Shown in pieces: positions 25,329-33,266 of a DNA stretch of 37,269 nucleotides (position 1 is its first letter; every line of letters begins with the position of its first letter). This DNA is from Acidimicrobiia bacterium (GTDB lineage Bacteria > Actinomycetota > Acidimicrobiia > Acidimicrobiales > JANYDT01). The notes below the pieces were generated by a model, which did not search any database, was not told the origin of the DNA, and saw nothing but the letters and a program-made list of their open reading frames with translations. The position numbers and the translations under genes were made by a program. The stretch is from NCBI GenBank assembly GCA_043743435.1, contig JAYTWN010000242.1, positions 1 to 37,269 on the forward strand, written 5' to 3'.

Positions 25329-27065
25329 TTACTGAATTTCGTTCGCCAAGTATTCGGCAGTGAGGCGGCCGTCGAGATTCCAGCGGCCCACCGTGCCGTT
25401 CCAACCTGCGGTGAACAGTGTTGCTTCGCCAACGGCAACGGCAGGCACACCCGGTTTTCCATGCAAGCGAAGCGGCGTCCATTCCCAACCACGGAAACCG
25501 CGATGCCATGCGAGAGCGGTGCCATCGTAGGAACCGGTGAGAATGAGGTTGCCGTCGCTGGTTACGGCGATGGCTTTCACCGATTTACGGTGGCCGTAAC
25601 CGAGGGTTTCGATGAGTGCACCCGTAGAGGCATCCCAAATACGCACCCGCAAATCCCGCGACGCCGAGACCACAATCCCGGCTTCGTCGGCACAGGCCAC
25701 AGCGTTGACCAACACCAGATCATCCGCGTTGGCTCGCCAAGCCAGTCGCTCACCATTCCAAGCGCTCAGCGATCCGTCCGACGAACCAGCGACGAGCAGA
25801 TTGGCCGATGCACTCCACGCCAAAGATTTGATGGGCCCATGGTGTGCAGTGAACGTGGAGGTGCAGGTTCCATCGATCTGCCAGGTGCGGACACAACCGT
25901 CGTAGCCGCCGCTATAGAACGTGTCCCCACTTGGGTTCCAAGCAATGGAGTTGACCGGGCCACCGTCGGCCGCGCGGGTCAGAACCGCTGTTCCGCCACC
26001 AGGTTGTAGCGGCGTGACGTGGACTCCGCCGCGATAGTCGCCACTAGCCACGCAGCAGTTATTCGGGGATATGGCAACGGTGTTTACGATGGTGCCGTGT
26101 TGGGTGAGAACCTCTGCGCGCAGAACATCTACCACCCGGCCGTCGTCGCGACCAACGAGCAGCCGACCATTTGATGACGCAATCGAGTTGATGCCATAGG
26201 TGAGCTCTAAGCCACGTCCCGTTGGCGGATGTTCAATGGGTCCAGCACCGAAACTGCCAATCACGATGCCCCTATTGGTGAAGCCACCGGCACGTTCCCA
26301 CTGAAACGCTTGACGATAGGATTCGATCAGTGACCACGACATGCAATCATAAGCACGCATAGTGGCATCATAGGAACCAATCAGTATCCGCGCGCCGGTA
26401 GCATCGAAACGAATAAACCGAACCGCTGCCGTTGCTTCGATAAGTTCACGTACCAATTCGCCAGTAGTTGGATCCCAAACCCGGGCGATCCCGTCGTCGC
26501 AACCGGTCACGATCACGCTGCCATCGGGTGACCAATCCAGTGCCTCGGGATCACCGGGATGGTGAAGCACAAACAGTTGATCCCCGGTGGCTATTTCCCA
26601 GATACGGGCCGTGGAATCCTCGGCCACCGTGGCCACGCGGGTACCGCTGGGATCGAACGCCACCGCAAACACACCGCTTTCATGTCCGTCGAGGGCAACA
26701 CTGGCTGAGCCGTCGAGTGGCCAAAGACGAATGGTGGTGTCGAGGTGATCCATAACGCAGGCCAACTGCGAGGCATCGGGTGACCAGCGAACGGCATTCA
26801 CATCGTCGCCATGGGGACCAAAGACATCGGTTCGAGCACCGTTGTTCATATTCAACACAAAGGCATTGCTATCGGCCACGGCCACGGCCACACGAGTACC
26901 GGTGGGGTCTATGCGCACGTCGTTCACCAGGTCATCGAAGTCGGCAAACCAGAGCTCGGTACCGTCGGGATTCCAGGCGACAACTCGACCATCGTATCCA
27001 CCGGTGACGCGCAGATCAGTGGCGAGATGATGATCGACACAGGTAATGGGAGAGCGATGAGGCAT
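25329..27065 (-). CDS. WD40 / beta-propeller repeat protein (about 13-14 repeats, no recognisable extra domain)
   Basis: Repeats of about 40 aa recur, such as GHESGVFAVAFDPSGTRVATVAEDSTARIWEIATG, DWSPDGSVIVTGCDDGIARVWDPTTG, SLAWSASANLLVAGSSDGSLSAWN, and AIAVTSDGNLILTGSYDGTALAWH. The start is ATG 27065 or GTG 27125. Confidence 0.85.
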   Translation of the reverse strand: MPHRSPITCVDHHLATDLRVTGGYDGRVVAWNPDGTELWFADFDDLVNDVRIDPTGTRVAVAVADSNAFVLNMNNGARTDVFGPHGDDVNAVRWSPDASQLACVMDHLDTTIRLWPLDGSASVALDGHESGVFAVAFDPSGTRVATVAEDSTARIWEIATGDQLFVLHHPGDPEALDWSPDGSVIVTGCDDGIARVWDPTTGELVRELIEATAAVRFIRFDATGARILIGSYDATMRAYDCMSWSLIESYRQAFQWERAGGFTNRGIVIGSFGAGPIEHPPTGRGLELTYGINSIASSNGRLLVGRDDGRVVDVLRAEVLTQHGTIVNTVAISPNNCCVASGDYRGGVHVTPLQPGGGTAVLTRAADGGPVNSIAWNPSGDTFYSGGYDGCVRTWQIDGTCTSTFTAHHGPIKSLAWSASANLLVAGSSDGSLSAWNGERLAWRANADDLVLVNAVACADEAGIVVSASRDLRVRIWDASTGALIETLGYGHRKSVKAIAVTSDGNLILTGSYDGTALAWHRGFRGWEWTPLRLHGKPGVPAVAVGEATLFTAGWNGTVGRWNLDGRLTAEYLANEIQ

Positions 27066-27189
27066 ACAAATGGCTTTCGTTAGCGGTGGTGCTGGCGGAA
27101 AAGAGGTGTTCTTGGAGGCAACCAATTCAATTGCAACGGGTGGATCGAAACAGCAAGGATTTGGAACCGGCGAAGGTCAACGCTGTGGC

Positions 27190-28362
27190 TCATTCAGGCC
27201 CTTCCAACGCTGCAATGACCTGATTGAGTTCAAGGCGCAACTCGGCGCGAAGTTGGCCGGTGAATGCGTTACTGAACGCCACCAGTCGAGTGAACATGAA
27301 TTCGTTTCTCGCCTCTGCAAAGGTTGGGTGCGGCCAGCGTTGCATCCAATCATCCATGGAGTCTCGAAGTGATGGAGAGAGTTCTTCAACGGAGGCTAAC
27401 GAAACGGCTTTGCTCAAGATGGGCTTGAGCAAAAAATGGCGCAGTGATCGTTCGATTGCCCCGTCGACAAGGGCTTGTACCTCATCAGCTTGGAGATCAG
27501 TTGGATTACCGGTTGGCTTGAGCCGCTCGAAAGCACCTTCGTACGCTTCCCCGCTGACATAAGCGTGGACGTCGGCAAGAAAACGGCGACCCCGATCGAT
27601 TACCGAAGCAGGCGTTTCCAGGATCCGAAATCCTGCTTGACGGAGACGGACACCGAGATCCCAATCTTCCCCGGCCAACGAAATGGTCCCGTTTGGTCCG
27701 TCAGCGGTGGGCTGAAGATACGGGCCAGCAATCAGATATGCGTCGGCGCGTACTGCATGGTTCACTCCGTTGAGGTTGGTGATGCCGACGATTCCTTCAC
27801 CCTTGTTGATCCCTAGCCCAAAGGCTCTGCTCACCTTTTTGGCAAAGGGGTGATCTGTGTACAGATGATCTTGAATCTCGGCACCGTTTACCGCCCCGAC
27901 TGTTACCGTCGCTGGGGGATTGGTGGCTTCGGCGGCCTCGATCTCATCGAACGTGGCGTTCCAATGCGCGAGCCAGTCTTTGCTCACCTCTACGTCGGCG
28001 TCCACGGTTACCAGCCACTGCGGTGCTCCCTCGCTCGACGCCATGGCCGCCCCAACCCCAGCACTGCGTGATCCGCCCGGCGAGCCAAAACGGCCTGTAA
28101 CGATGGACACCCGGCTTCGGTGGACAACGGTAGCCAATGCCAACAGTTTCGGTGTGGCATCGGTGCTCGAATCATCCACGAGCACAACGCGCCAGCGGTT
28201 GTCGGTAACAATTTGGGGAAGCATGGTGGCCAACAAACGATCAACATAACCCTCTTCGTTAAAACAGGGGACGATTACCGTGGCGCGAATGGGACGCACT
28301 GTGTTGGGTGATCCGTGATCTTGGTGTGAAGATGCCACCGGTTTCAGAGCTCCTTCGTGCAT
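27190..28362 (-). CDS. Family 2 glycosyltransferase (GT-A fold) with a C-terminal helical extension of about 120 aa; no TM segment seen
   Basis: ATVIVPCFNEEGYVDRLLATMLPQ...VVLVDDSSTDATPKLL, DxD-like TVDADV, and GEDWDLGVRLRQAGF. Confidence 0.82.
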   Translation of the reverse strand: MHEGALKPVASSHQDHGSPNTVRPIRATVIVPCFNEEGYVDRLLATMLPQIVTDNRWRVVLVDDSSTDATPKLLALATVVHRSRVSIVTGRFGSPGGSRSAGVGAAMASSEGAPQWLVTVDADVEVSKDWLAHWNATFDEIEAAEATNPPATVTVGAVNGAEIQDHLYTDHPFAKKVSRAFGLGINKGEGIVGITNLNGVNHAVRADAYLIAGPYLQPTADGPNGTISLAGEDWDLGVRLRQAGFRILETPASVIDRGRRFLADVHAYVSGEAYEGAFERLKPTGNPTDLQADEVQALVDGAIERSLRHFLLKPILSKAVSLASVEELSPSLRDSMDDWMQRWPHPTFAEARNEFMFTRLVAFSNAFTGQLRAELRLELNQVIAALEGPE

Positions 28363-28462
28363 GTTCTTGAAGTTCGGACGCCTGCGCCCTTTCTATGGAA
28401 ATATTCGGTCAGCAGGAGAAATGCGCTTCGGGCGCACGCGCCCAAACTGCGATTCCCCGCAC

Positions 28463-28571
28463 TAGTGCAGGGAAGCGTAAGTCATTGCGTAGTGTTTTGA
28501 CCTCAGTTGCCAGCACCAACGCGGAAAGGGCCACCAGGACACTACGCAATGATTTACGCGCACACGCACTA
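28463..28571 (+). mobile_element. MITE copy B (109 bp including flanking TA dinucleotides)
   Basis: TA-GTGCAGGGAAGCGTAAGTCATTGCGTAGTGT...ACACTACGCAATGATTTACGCGCACACGCAC-TA. The terminal arms of about 31 nt are imperfect inverted repeats. It is near-identical to copies A and C. Its last base plus the TA form the TAG stop of the gene at 28569-29159(-). Confidence 0.85.
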
Positions 28572-29159
28572 GGCGGGGTCGGGTGCCATGGTTGAGTCGT
28601 CATGGTCGACCCAAAACTCACCCTTCAGCGCGCTTATGATTTCGATGGCGACGTTGGCTCCGCTTCCTGCACACACGACGGCTTGTGAGGGCCATCCAGC
28701 GACCACGCCAGCGGCCCAGACCCCGGGAATTGAGGTGGCGCCCCAATGATCGGTCACTACATTTACTTTTACGAAAGGCTGACGAGCCACGGTGGTGTCG
28801 ACCTCGAGCGATGCCAACTTCAGCGTTCCCTGCCCCGTAGCCAGAACGATGTAGCGAGCAGAAATCTGATCCTCGCCAGATACAACGGTGAAGCCTCCCG
28901 AAGTTGCGGGCTGGACATCGTCGACCTTGGCGGTTGAGATAGGAACTTGTGCGCTGGCAAGTTTGGTTCGCAACGAGGCAAGGAGCTCGCGACCCTCAAG
29001 CTCATTGGAACCAGGAAGATTCTTGAGCAACGCGCGTTTGAGAATGGAGCGATCCTGATCGAACACTTCGACTGCGACTCCGGCCCGGGCGAGGAAATGC
29101 GCCGCGGTAAGGCCGGCCGCACCGCCGCCTATTACTGTCACCGTGGTTGTTCGTTCCAT
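28569..29159 (-). CDS. Short FAD-binding oxidoreductase: thioredoxin-reductase-like FAD domain without the NADPH domain
   Basis: TVTVIGGGAAGLTAAHFLARAG (GxGxxG), YIVLATGQG (ATG motif), then directly DHWGATSIPGVWAAGVVAG...AGSGANVAIEI (C-terminal FAD segment). At 196 aa it is about the size of the two FAD-domain segments of TrxR alone. Confidence 0.7.
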   Translation of the reverse strand: MERTTTVTVIGGGAAGLTAAHFLARAGVAVEVFDQDRSILKRALLKNLPGSNELEGRELLASLRTKLASAQVPISTAKVDDVQPATSGGFTVVSGEDQISARYIVLATGQGTLKLASLEVDTTVARQPFVKVNVVTDHWGATSIPGVWAAGVVAGWPSQAVVCAGSGANVAIEIISALKGEFWVDHDDSTMAPDPA

Positions 29160-29388
29160 AGTTGCTCCTCAACTCACTTTGCGTGTGCGAATACTCGGGG
29201 CGAGCATCAGATCAATCGTAGTGGGGGCACGCGTCTTGGCGGTTTGGCATCGGTCATACGGCTGCGAGCGAGTTGGTTGTTGTTGTAGATCGTTGTAAAG
29301 GCCTCACACGTCCCTTTTAAGCCAGAAGCTATTGTCGCAGGCTGGTGTTTGCGAGCGAAGAAGCTATACCCGAGGAGGGAATTAGACT

Positions 29389-30069
29389 TTGAGCGTGTCA
29401 AACCTCAATGCAGCCACCATTCGCAATCGAGTGCGTATTCCTCTGCGATTCGCCGACGGGTATGAGGCCACAGCCGACGTGTTCAGCTTCCACGGATTGG
29501 TTGACGGGAAGGAACATCTGGCCCTGGGATTTGGTTTGGCTGATGTGTCCGGCGATCCCGCCGCTGACCAGTCGCCCCCAGTTGCTGCGCAAGACGTTCC
29601 GTTGGTGCGAATTCATTCCGAGTGCCTAACCGGTGACGTGTTTGGTTCGCTGCGCTGCGATTGCGGTCCGCAGCTACGAGAAGCGGTCGGATTGATTTCG
29701 AAGGACGGCGGATACGTGTTGTATCTTCGCCAAGAGGGCCGGGGGATTGGCCTTTACACAAAGCTCGATGCGTATCGATTACAAGATCGTGGAATGGACA
29801 CCTTCGAGGCCAACCGTGCTCTGGGTCGCAATGATGACGAACGCGAATACACCGTTGCTGCGCAAATGCTACGTGCGCTTGGTGTTACCAGTGTCGAGTT
29901 GCTTTCCAACAATCCCGACAAGTTTGAACAGATGACTGAACTTGGCATCACCATCACCCGCAAAGTCCCAACCGGTGTGCACGTGTCGGAAGAAAATCAC
30001 GGCTACCTCACGGCAAAAATCGACCAACACGCGCACACTATCGATCTACCCAGTCGGATCGACGACTAG
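29389..30069 (+). CDS. ribA: GTP cyclohydrolase II (monofunctional, not fused to RibB)
   Basis: VRIHSECLTGDVFGSLRCDCGPQL (zinc Cys triad), YLRQEGRGIGLYTKLDAYRLQDRGMDTFEAN, and LLSNNPDK. TTG 29389 lies 8 nt after GAGGAGGG. The TAG stop at 30067-30069 lies in the MITE C junction. Confidence 0.92.
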   Translation: MSVSNLNAATIRNRVRIPLRFADGYEATADVFSFHGLVDGKEHLALGFGLADVSGDPAADQSPPVAAQDVPLVRIHSECLTGDVFGSLRCDCGPQLREAVGLISKDGGYVLYLRQEGRGIGLYTKLDAYRLQDRGMDTFEANRALGRNDDEREYTVAAQMLRALGVTSVELLSNNPDKFEQMTELGITITRKVPTGVHVSEENHGYLTAKIDQHAHTIDLPSRIDD

Positions 30070-30172
30070 TGCAGGGAAGCGTAAGTCATTGCGTGGTGTT
30101 TTGACCGTTGCCAGCACCAACGCGGAAAGTGCCACCAGGACACTACGCAATGATTTACGTGCACATGCACTA
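30067..30172 (+). mobile_element. MITE copy C (106 bp including flanking TA; 5-bp internal deletion relative to copy B)
   Basis: TA-GTGCAGGGAAGCGTAAGTCATTGCGTGGTGTTTTGACC-GTTGCCAGCACCAACGCGGAAAGTGCCACCAGGACACTACGCAATGATTTACGTGCACATGCAC-TA. Confidence 0.85.
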
Positions 30173-30296
30173 GCCGATTTAGCTGTTTGTGTTAGGTCTT
30201 GTGCCGCTGTACTTTGGCGGCCTTTTTCGTCTCCTGATTCGCCACTATGAGCTTGGCGTCAAAGGCTTACCGCTGATGGTTCCTTCGAACGAAGCG

Positions 30297-31148
30297 CTAG
30301 CTGCCTGAGTAGCTCGTGACTATGGCATTGCTCAGTTGTGGCCAAGCGGCCATGGCCCATGTATCGAATTCCCGATCACTGAGCGCTACGGCGGCCAAGT
30401 CCCGAGTTGGGTCGACCCACAGAATGGTGCCGGATCCTCCGAAGTGACCAAAGGTGGCCGGCGATGTGAATTGTCCACTCCAGTGAGGCTGTTTTCCGCC
30501 TTTAATCTCGACGCCGAGACCCCAGGGAAGCGGGTCAAAACGGCCAATCCCTGGGAGCATGCCGGCAAGGGCGGGAAACTGGCAGCGGGTGAAATCGGCA
30601 AACGTTTCGGGAGCGAGCAACGTTGGACGGAGCAGTTCGGTCGCAAACCTAGAGAGGTTGGCGGCGGTTGAATGAACGTTTGCGGCGGGTGAGCCGCGGA
30701 GTTCAGTGTTGCGCATTCCCAGCGGTTCAAAAACGGCTTCTCGAAGGTAGTCGGCGAAGGGCATGCCAGTGTTTCCTTCGACGATGCGCGCAGCTCGTTC
30801 GATTCCCTCGTTGGAGTAAATGCGCCTCGTCTCGGGTGCCAACTGTTGTTCGGAACCGCTGTGGAATCCAAACCCAGCAGCGTGGGAAAGCAGATGTCGA
30901 AGCGTGAACGGTGCACTCGTTGTGGCTGAATCTAAAGCTTTGGGCGCCTTCATCTCTTCGTCGAGCGTGACACTTCCCTCTTCAACCGCGATGAGTATTG
31001 CGTAGCCCGCCAGTACTTTGCTGATAGAGGCCAAACGGAACATGCGTGCCTGATCGCCGCGCTGAGCGATGATGCCCTCAGGTGTGATTACCGCAGCCGC
31101 AACGTGCGGTACGGGCCACTGATCAATCTCTGCAAGCGGCGAGTCCAT
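30297..31148 (-). CDS. Serine hydrolase, beta-lactamase/transpeptidase-like family
   Basis: S-x-x-K motif in FRLASISKVLAGYAILIAVEEG. LSHAAGFGF follows. The length and overall pattern fit the class C/esterase-like family. Confidence 0.8.
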   Translation of the reverse strand: MDSPLAEIDQWPVPHVAAAVITPEGIIAQRGDQARMFRLASISKVLAGYAILIAVEEGSVTLDEEMKAPKALDSATTSAPFTLRHLLSHAAGFGFHSGSEQQLAPETRRIYSNEGIERAARIVEGNTGMPFADYLREAVFEPLGMRNTELRGSPAANVHSTAANLSRFATELLRPTLLAPETFADFTRCQFPALAGMLPGIGRFDPLPWGLGVEIKGGKQPHWSGQFTSPATFGHFGGSGTILWVDPTRDLAAVALSDREFDTWAMAAWPQLSNAIVTSYSGS

Positions 31149-31258
31149 AAAAGCAATACTACGTCGTTGCGCTATCGGCTCCGGCCTGCACCGTCTCTGA
31201 TTCCTTTGCGCCTCAGTCTCAACGTGACATCGAGAGCGCTCCCCGTTAACGTGGCGCC

Positions 31259-32899
31259 ATGACCGACTGGAACTGGGCCGACGTTTTTGAAACCATTGCT
31301 GCCGCTACACCCGATGCCCCGGCGCAGGTGTGCGGTGATCGTCGCTTTTCGTGGAGCGATTTTGATAGGCGTGCGAACAACTTGGCGGCCGATCTGCTGG
31401 CGGCAGGCATTGGTGAGCAAGGCAAAGTTGCGGCGTATCTCACCAACTGTCCGGAATACTTGGAAACCTATTACGCGGCGTTCAAGGCCGGTTTGGTCCC
31501 GTTGAACACCAACTTTCGATACGGCCCCGAAGAGATCAAGTACCTTTTCGATAACGCCGATGCCGAGGCAGTTATCTTTCACGCTTCCTATGCAGAGGTG
31601 TTGGAAGAAATCCGCCACGAACTACCCCTGGTGAAGCGTTGGTATGTGGTCGACGATCCTGAACAAACCGCGGCTACCCGTCCCAGCTGGGCTACTCCGT
31701 ATGAGAATATTGCAGGTGCTTCGCAGTCAGTAAGTGTGCCTACGAAAGCGGACTGGGGCCGTTCCGGTGATCATATGTTGTTCCTCTATACCGGTGGAAC
31801 GACAGGTATGCCCAAGGGTGTTATGTGGCGCCAAGACGATCTGTTCAATGTCTTGGGCCGTGGCGGAAACGCTCTGCAAGGACGCCCGCCCGTTGACTCA
31901 CTCGAAACTCTACGTGCACAGACTATACATCCACCAGCGCCGGCGCCGATCCTTTTGCCAGCGTGTCCAGTGATGCACGGAACCGGACAGTTTTCCGCCC
32001 TGATCGCCCTGGGAATGGGAGGTTCGGTCGTTACGAATCCTCTGCGCTCCTTCGATGCCGCGCAACTTTTTGATCTCGTCGAACAAGAACGCGTAGGGCA
32101 AATTGTCATCGTGGGCGACGCGTTTGCTCGACCGTTGTTGGCTGCCCTCGATGCAAACCCGGGTCGTTGGGATCTTTCCGGTTTGCGGGTGATCTCCAGC
32201 AGTGGCGTGATGTGGAGCCAGGAGACCAAAGACGCTCTGTTGGAACACCTCCCCGAAGTAGTTCTGTTTGATTCGTTTGGATCCTCCGAAGCGGTGGGCC
32301 TTGGGGCCTCGGTGAGCACGAAGGGCAATGCGCAGAAGACGGCAAAGTTTGCACTCGGTCCAACGGTTCACGTGTTCGACGATGACAATGTTCGTGTGAA
32401 CCCGGGCGACGAGCGCATTGGCTTTGTGGCCCTAAGCGGCTACGTTCCACTTGGGTATTACAAAGACCCGGAGAAGTCGGCGAAGACCTTTCGTACTATC
32501 GACGGGGTTCGCTACTCGGTACCCGGCGATTACGCGCAGGTGATCGAAGACGGCACACTGCATCTGCTTGGTCGTGGTTCGGTTTGCATCAACACTGGTG
32601 GCGAGAAGGTCTTTCCTGAAGAAGTTGAAGAGGTGGTAAAACTCCACGAGTCCATCAACGATGCGGTGTGCGTTGGTATCCCCGATGACCGGTTCGGTGA
32701 AGTCATTTGTGCAGTGGTCGAGCCATTCAACGGTGCGACGATCGATGCCGATGCGGTCATCGAACACGTTCGCGCCCTCCTGGCCCGGTATAAGTCACCC
32801 CGCCATATCGTGGTGATCGAAACAATCGGACGCGCCGCCAACGGAAAGGTCGACTACAAACGACTAACCGCCTACGCAAAAGATGTTCTTGGTTCCTAA
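31259..32899 (+). CDS. AMP-dependent acyl-CoA synthetase/ligase (FadD-like)
   Basis: AMP-binding motif LFLYTGGTTGMPKGVMW. SSEA..G follows, then YSVPGDYA, GRGSVCINTGGEKVFPEEVE and a C-terminal GKVDY. Confidence 0.9.
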   Translation: MTDWNWADVFETIAAATPDAPAQVCGDRRFSWSDFDRRANNLAADLLAAGIGEQGKVAAYLTNCPEYLETYYAAFKAGLVPLNTNFRYGPEEIKYLFDNADAEAVIFHASYAEVLEEIRHELPLVKRWYVVDDPEQTAATRPSWATPYENIAGASQSVSVPTKADWGRSGDHMLFLYTGGTTGMPKGVMWRQDDLFNVLGRGGNALQGRPPVDSLETLRAQTIHPPAPAPILLPACPVMHGTGQFSALIALGMGGSVVTNPLRSFDAAQLFDLVEQERVGQIVIVGDAFARPLLAALDANPGRWDLSGLRVISSSGVMWSQETKDALLEHLPEVVLFDSFGSSEAVGLGASVSTKGNAQKTAKFALGPTVHVFDDDNVRVNPGDERIGFVALSGYVPLGYYKDPEKSAKTFRTIDGVRYSVPGDYAQVIEDGTLHLLGRGSVCINTGGEKVFPEEVEEVVKLHESINDAVCVGIPDDRFGEVICAVVEPFNGATIDADAVIEHVRALLARYKSPRHIVVIETIGRAANGKVDYKRLTAYAKDVLGS

Positions 32900-33043
32900 A
32901 GAAGGCCTTCCGCAAACACACAGATCTGCGCACACAATGCGCCACGACCACTTGCCAGCTCCGGTTGAGGGGTTCGGTCTTGTCGGTCGCGGAACGTAAA
33001 GAAGAAAAGGCCCGGGACAAGTCTTGAGAAGTCCGGACTCAGA

Positions 33044-33241
33044 TCAAATCTTGAGGAGTCCCTGTAGCGACAAAGTTGAACGCAGATAGATTTTCGTCAC
33101 GGCTAACACGTCGTCGATGGTCATCGATTCGTGCAGTTTGTGTGCGTCGGTGAGTAACCCTGGGAGCGAAACACTCGGATGACTTCCAGGTAGGCTGCGA
33201 GGGCGGTTTTCATGTTGCAAGCGGGTTCGATAATTGGGCAA
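33044..33241 (-). pseudogene. Possible relic: C-terminal fragment of an M20-family (ArgE/DapE-like) peptidase
   Basis: The ORF tail SLPGLLTDAHKLHESMTIDDVLAVTKIYLRSTL resembles the conserved M20 C-terminus (G-P-G-x4-A-H-x3-E-x-v-x-i-x-d-l). No upstream catalytic or dimerisation domains are present. The next gene ends 25 nt away. Confidence 0.3.
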
Positions 33242-33266
33242 CGAAGGACTCAGGGCAAATGTTTGG

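Noticed and set aside
29160-29388. Possible FMN (RFN) riboswitch in the 229-nt leader of ribA. Fragments such as CUCGGGGCGAG, UUGGCGGU and AAGCCAGAAGC..GGCUGGUG vaguely recall RFN segments.
   Set aside because: The highly conserved elements are absent: GGGUGAAAUUCCC-type L2, CCGACGGU and AGUCCGGAUG. The spacing is also wrong. Running cmsearch with Rfam RF00050 would settle it, and I expect no hit.
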